Assembly (NCBI GenBank): GCA_037142195.1
Contig: JBAXBA010000077.1
Coordinates: forward strand, 1 to 17,571
Direction of reading: 5' to 3'
Length of the DNA: 17,571 nucleotides
Source: Pseudomonadota bacterium
Lineage (GTDB): Bacteria; Bdellovibrionota_B; Oligoflexia; Oligoflexales; CAIMVM01
Positions 16,815-17,571 of this stretch are shown here, one piece after another. The notes below the pieces were generated by a model. It made no database searches and was not told the DNA's origin. It saw only the letters and a program-made list of their open reading frames with translations. Positions within the stretch are counted from its first letter, which is position 1; the number at the start of each line of letters is the position of its first letter. Position numbers and translations under genes: made by a program.

Positions 16815-17474
16815 ATGGGGTCGATTTTTTTATCTTCTTTGTTTTTGGGCTCCTTTTTTTTGGTGTCTTGCAAAAATGACAGCATTGAGTCTAAACCCGA
16901 GGCCACAAGTGTAAAAAATTCTCCAGATAAAAAGACCTCCACATATGTCCCTGTGGCAAGTCAGTCGCCATTTACAGGCCCCAGTATGCCAGATTTGGGC
17001 AAGGAAACTACGTGCGCTACAAACAAGCTTTTGGTAGCTGGATATTGCCTCGATTTAGTAGACTTTCAGGTCTTTTCTAAAGGCGAGGCGGAGTTTTATA
17101 CTTTTGGAGATTCCTGTAAAACAAATCTAGAGTCGTGCGGAGTGCCTGCTGGATTTGTGTTTAAAGAGACACGATTTAGGACTTTAATCAATCCTCCTGA
17201 GGCCCTTAAGACGTTGCTGTCAGGAATCGAAGAACTTGTTAAAAACGACACCATTGTTTTTACTACCTCTGCATCTGAGTCAGCTGCCAAGGTGAAAAAC
17301 GAAGGATTTACATCTAAAGGATTTGTGGCTTGGCTTTTGCCCTTTCCTGCCGATGATGGTAAGCAAATGGTACGCTTTGAAAAAGAGGGTGCCTATCGCT
17401 ATGGACTTACTGGCTATTCTCCCGGAGAAGCATTTCTAGGTACATCATTGGGATATGCTTCAGCGCCTAAGTAG
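16815..17474 (+). CDS. Lipoprotein with DUF5648-like repeats
   Basis: Lipobox LVSC. The segments EFYTF...GFVFKE, VFTTSASESAAKVKNEGFTSKGFVAWLL and MVRF...LGY resemble the (Y/F)TT-E-G(Y/F)xxEG repeat of DUF5648 domains, recognised by eye. Confidence 0.7.
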   Translation: MGSIFLSSLFLGSFFLVSCKNDSIESKPEATSVKNSPDKKTSTYVPVASQSPFTGPSMPDLGKETTCATNKLLVAGYCLDLVDFQVFSKGEAEFYTFGDSCKTNLESCGVPAGFVFKETRFRTLINPPEALKTLLSGIEELVKNDTIVFTTSASESAAKVKNEGFTSKGFVAWLLPFPADDGKQMVRFEKEGAYRYGLTGYSPGEAFLGTSLGYASAPK

Positions 17475-17475
17475 T

Positions 17476-17571
17476 TTAGTGAGAGGGAGCGCTGGTCTCT
17501 GCTTTAGCGTGTTCATCTTTAGCGTGTTCATCTTTAGCGTGTTCATCTTTAGCGTGTTCATCTTTAGCGTG
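17476..17571 (-). CDS. C-terminus of a protein ending in (HAKDE)n repeats, 5'-truncated by the window edge
   Basis: Minus frame from 17571 reads HAKDE x4 then HAKAETSAPSH* (TAA 17476-17478). It converges 1 bp from the 16815..17474 stop. Confidence 0.65.
   Translation of the reverse strand, partial: HAKDEHAKDEHAKDEHAKDEHAKAETSAPSH
17502..17571. repeat. Perfect 15-bp tandem repeat CTTTAGCGTGTTCAT, at least 4.7 copies, running off the window
   Basis: Directly visible; the unit length is a multiple of 3. Confidence 0.95.

Noticed and set aside
14668..17571. The tandem repeats as CRISPR arrays
   Set aside because: Units of 11 and 15 bp are contiguous with no spacers, and no cas genes are present.

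Overview
AT-rich bacterial window that looks like an accessory region on the left and more ordinary genes on the right. The many orphan lipoproteins suggest a Bdellovibrionota/Oligoflexia-like host, but this is inference only. The left ~7.9 kb is island-like. It holds the 3' end of an IS66 transposase, a complete but inactivated IS4-family (IS10-like) element with 18-bp IRs and a 9-bp target duplication, two pseudogene remnants missed by the ORF track, an AAA_14/DUF4143 ATPase plus a truncated second family member, and an MntA-HepT toxin-antitoxin pair. The most unusual signal is a diverged ~190-bp direct repeat (577-768 and 1888-2084). Each copy is built around a tRNA-Cys-like 3' end (T-arm, acceptor strand, U73-CCA), and the two copies bracket a single 1.3-kb integrase-less lipoprotein gene. 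This looks like a tRNA-anchored array of minimal gene cassettes. The right part encodes a Tat-exported Csp-type copper storage protein, several lipoproteins, a class I mannose-6-phosphate isomerase, a secreted FAD-dependent oxidoreductase and MsrA. It also contains an 11-bp VNTR, a REPIN/MITE-like inverted-repeat element and the C-terminus of a (HAKDE)n repeat protein at the right edge.
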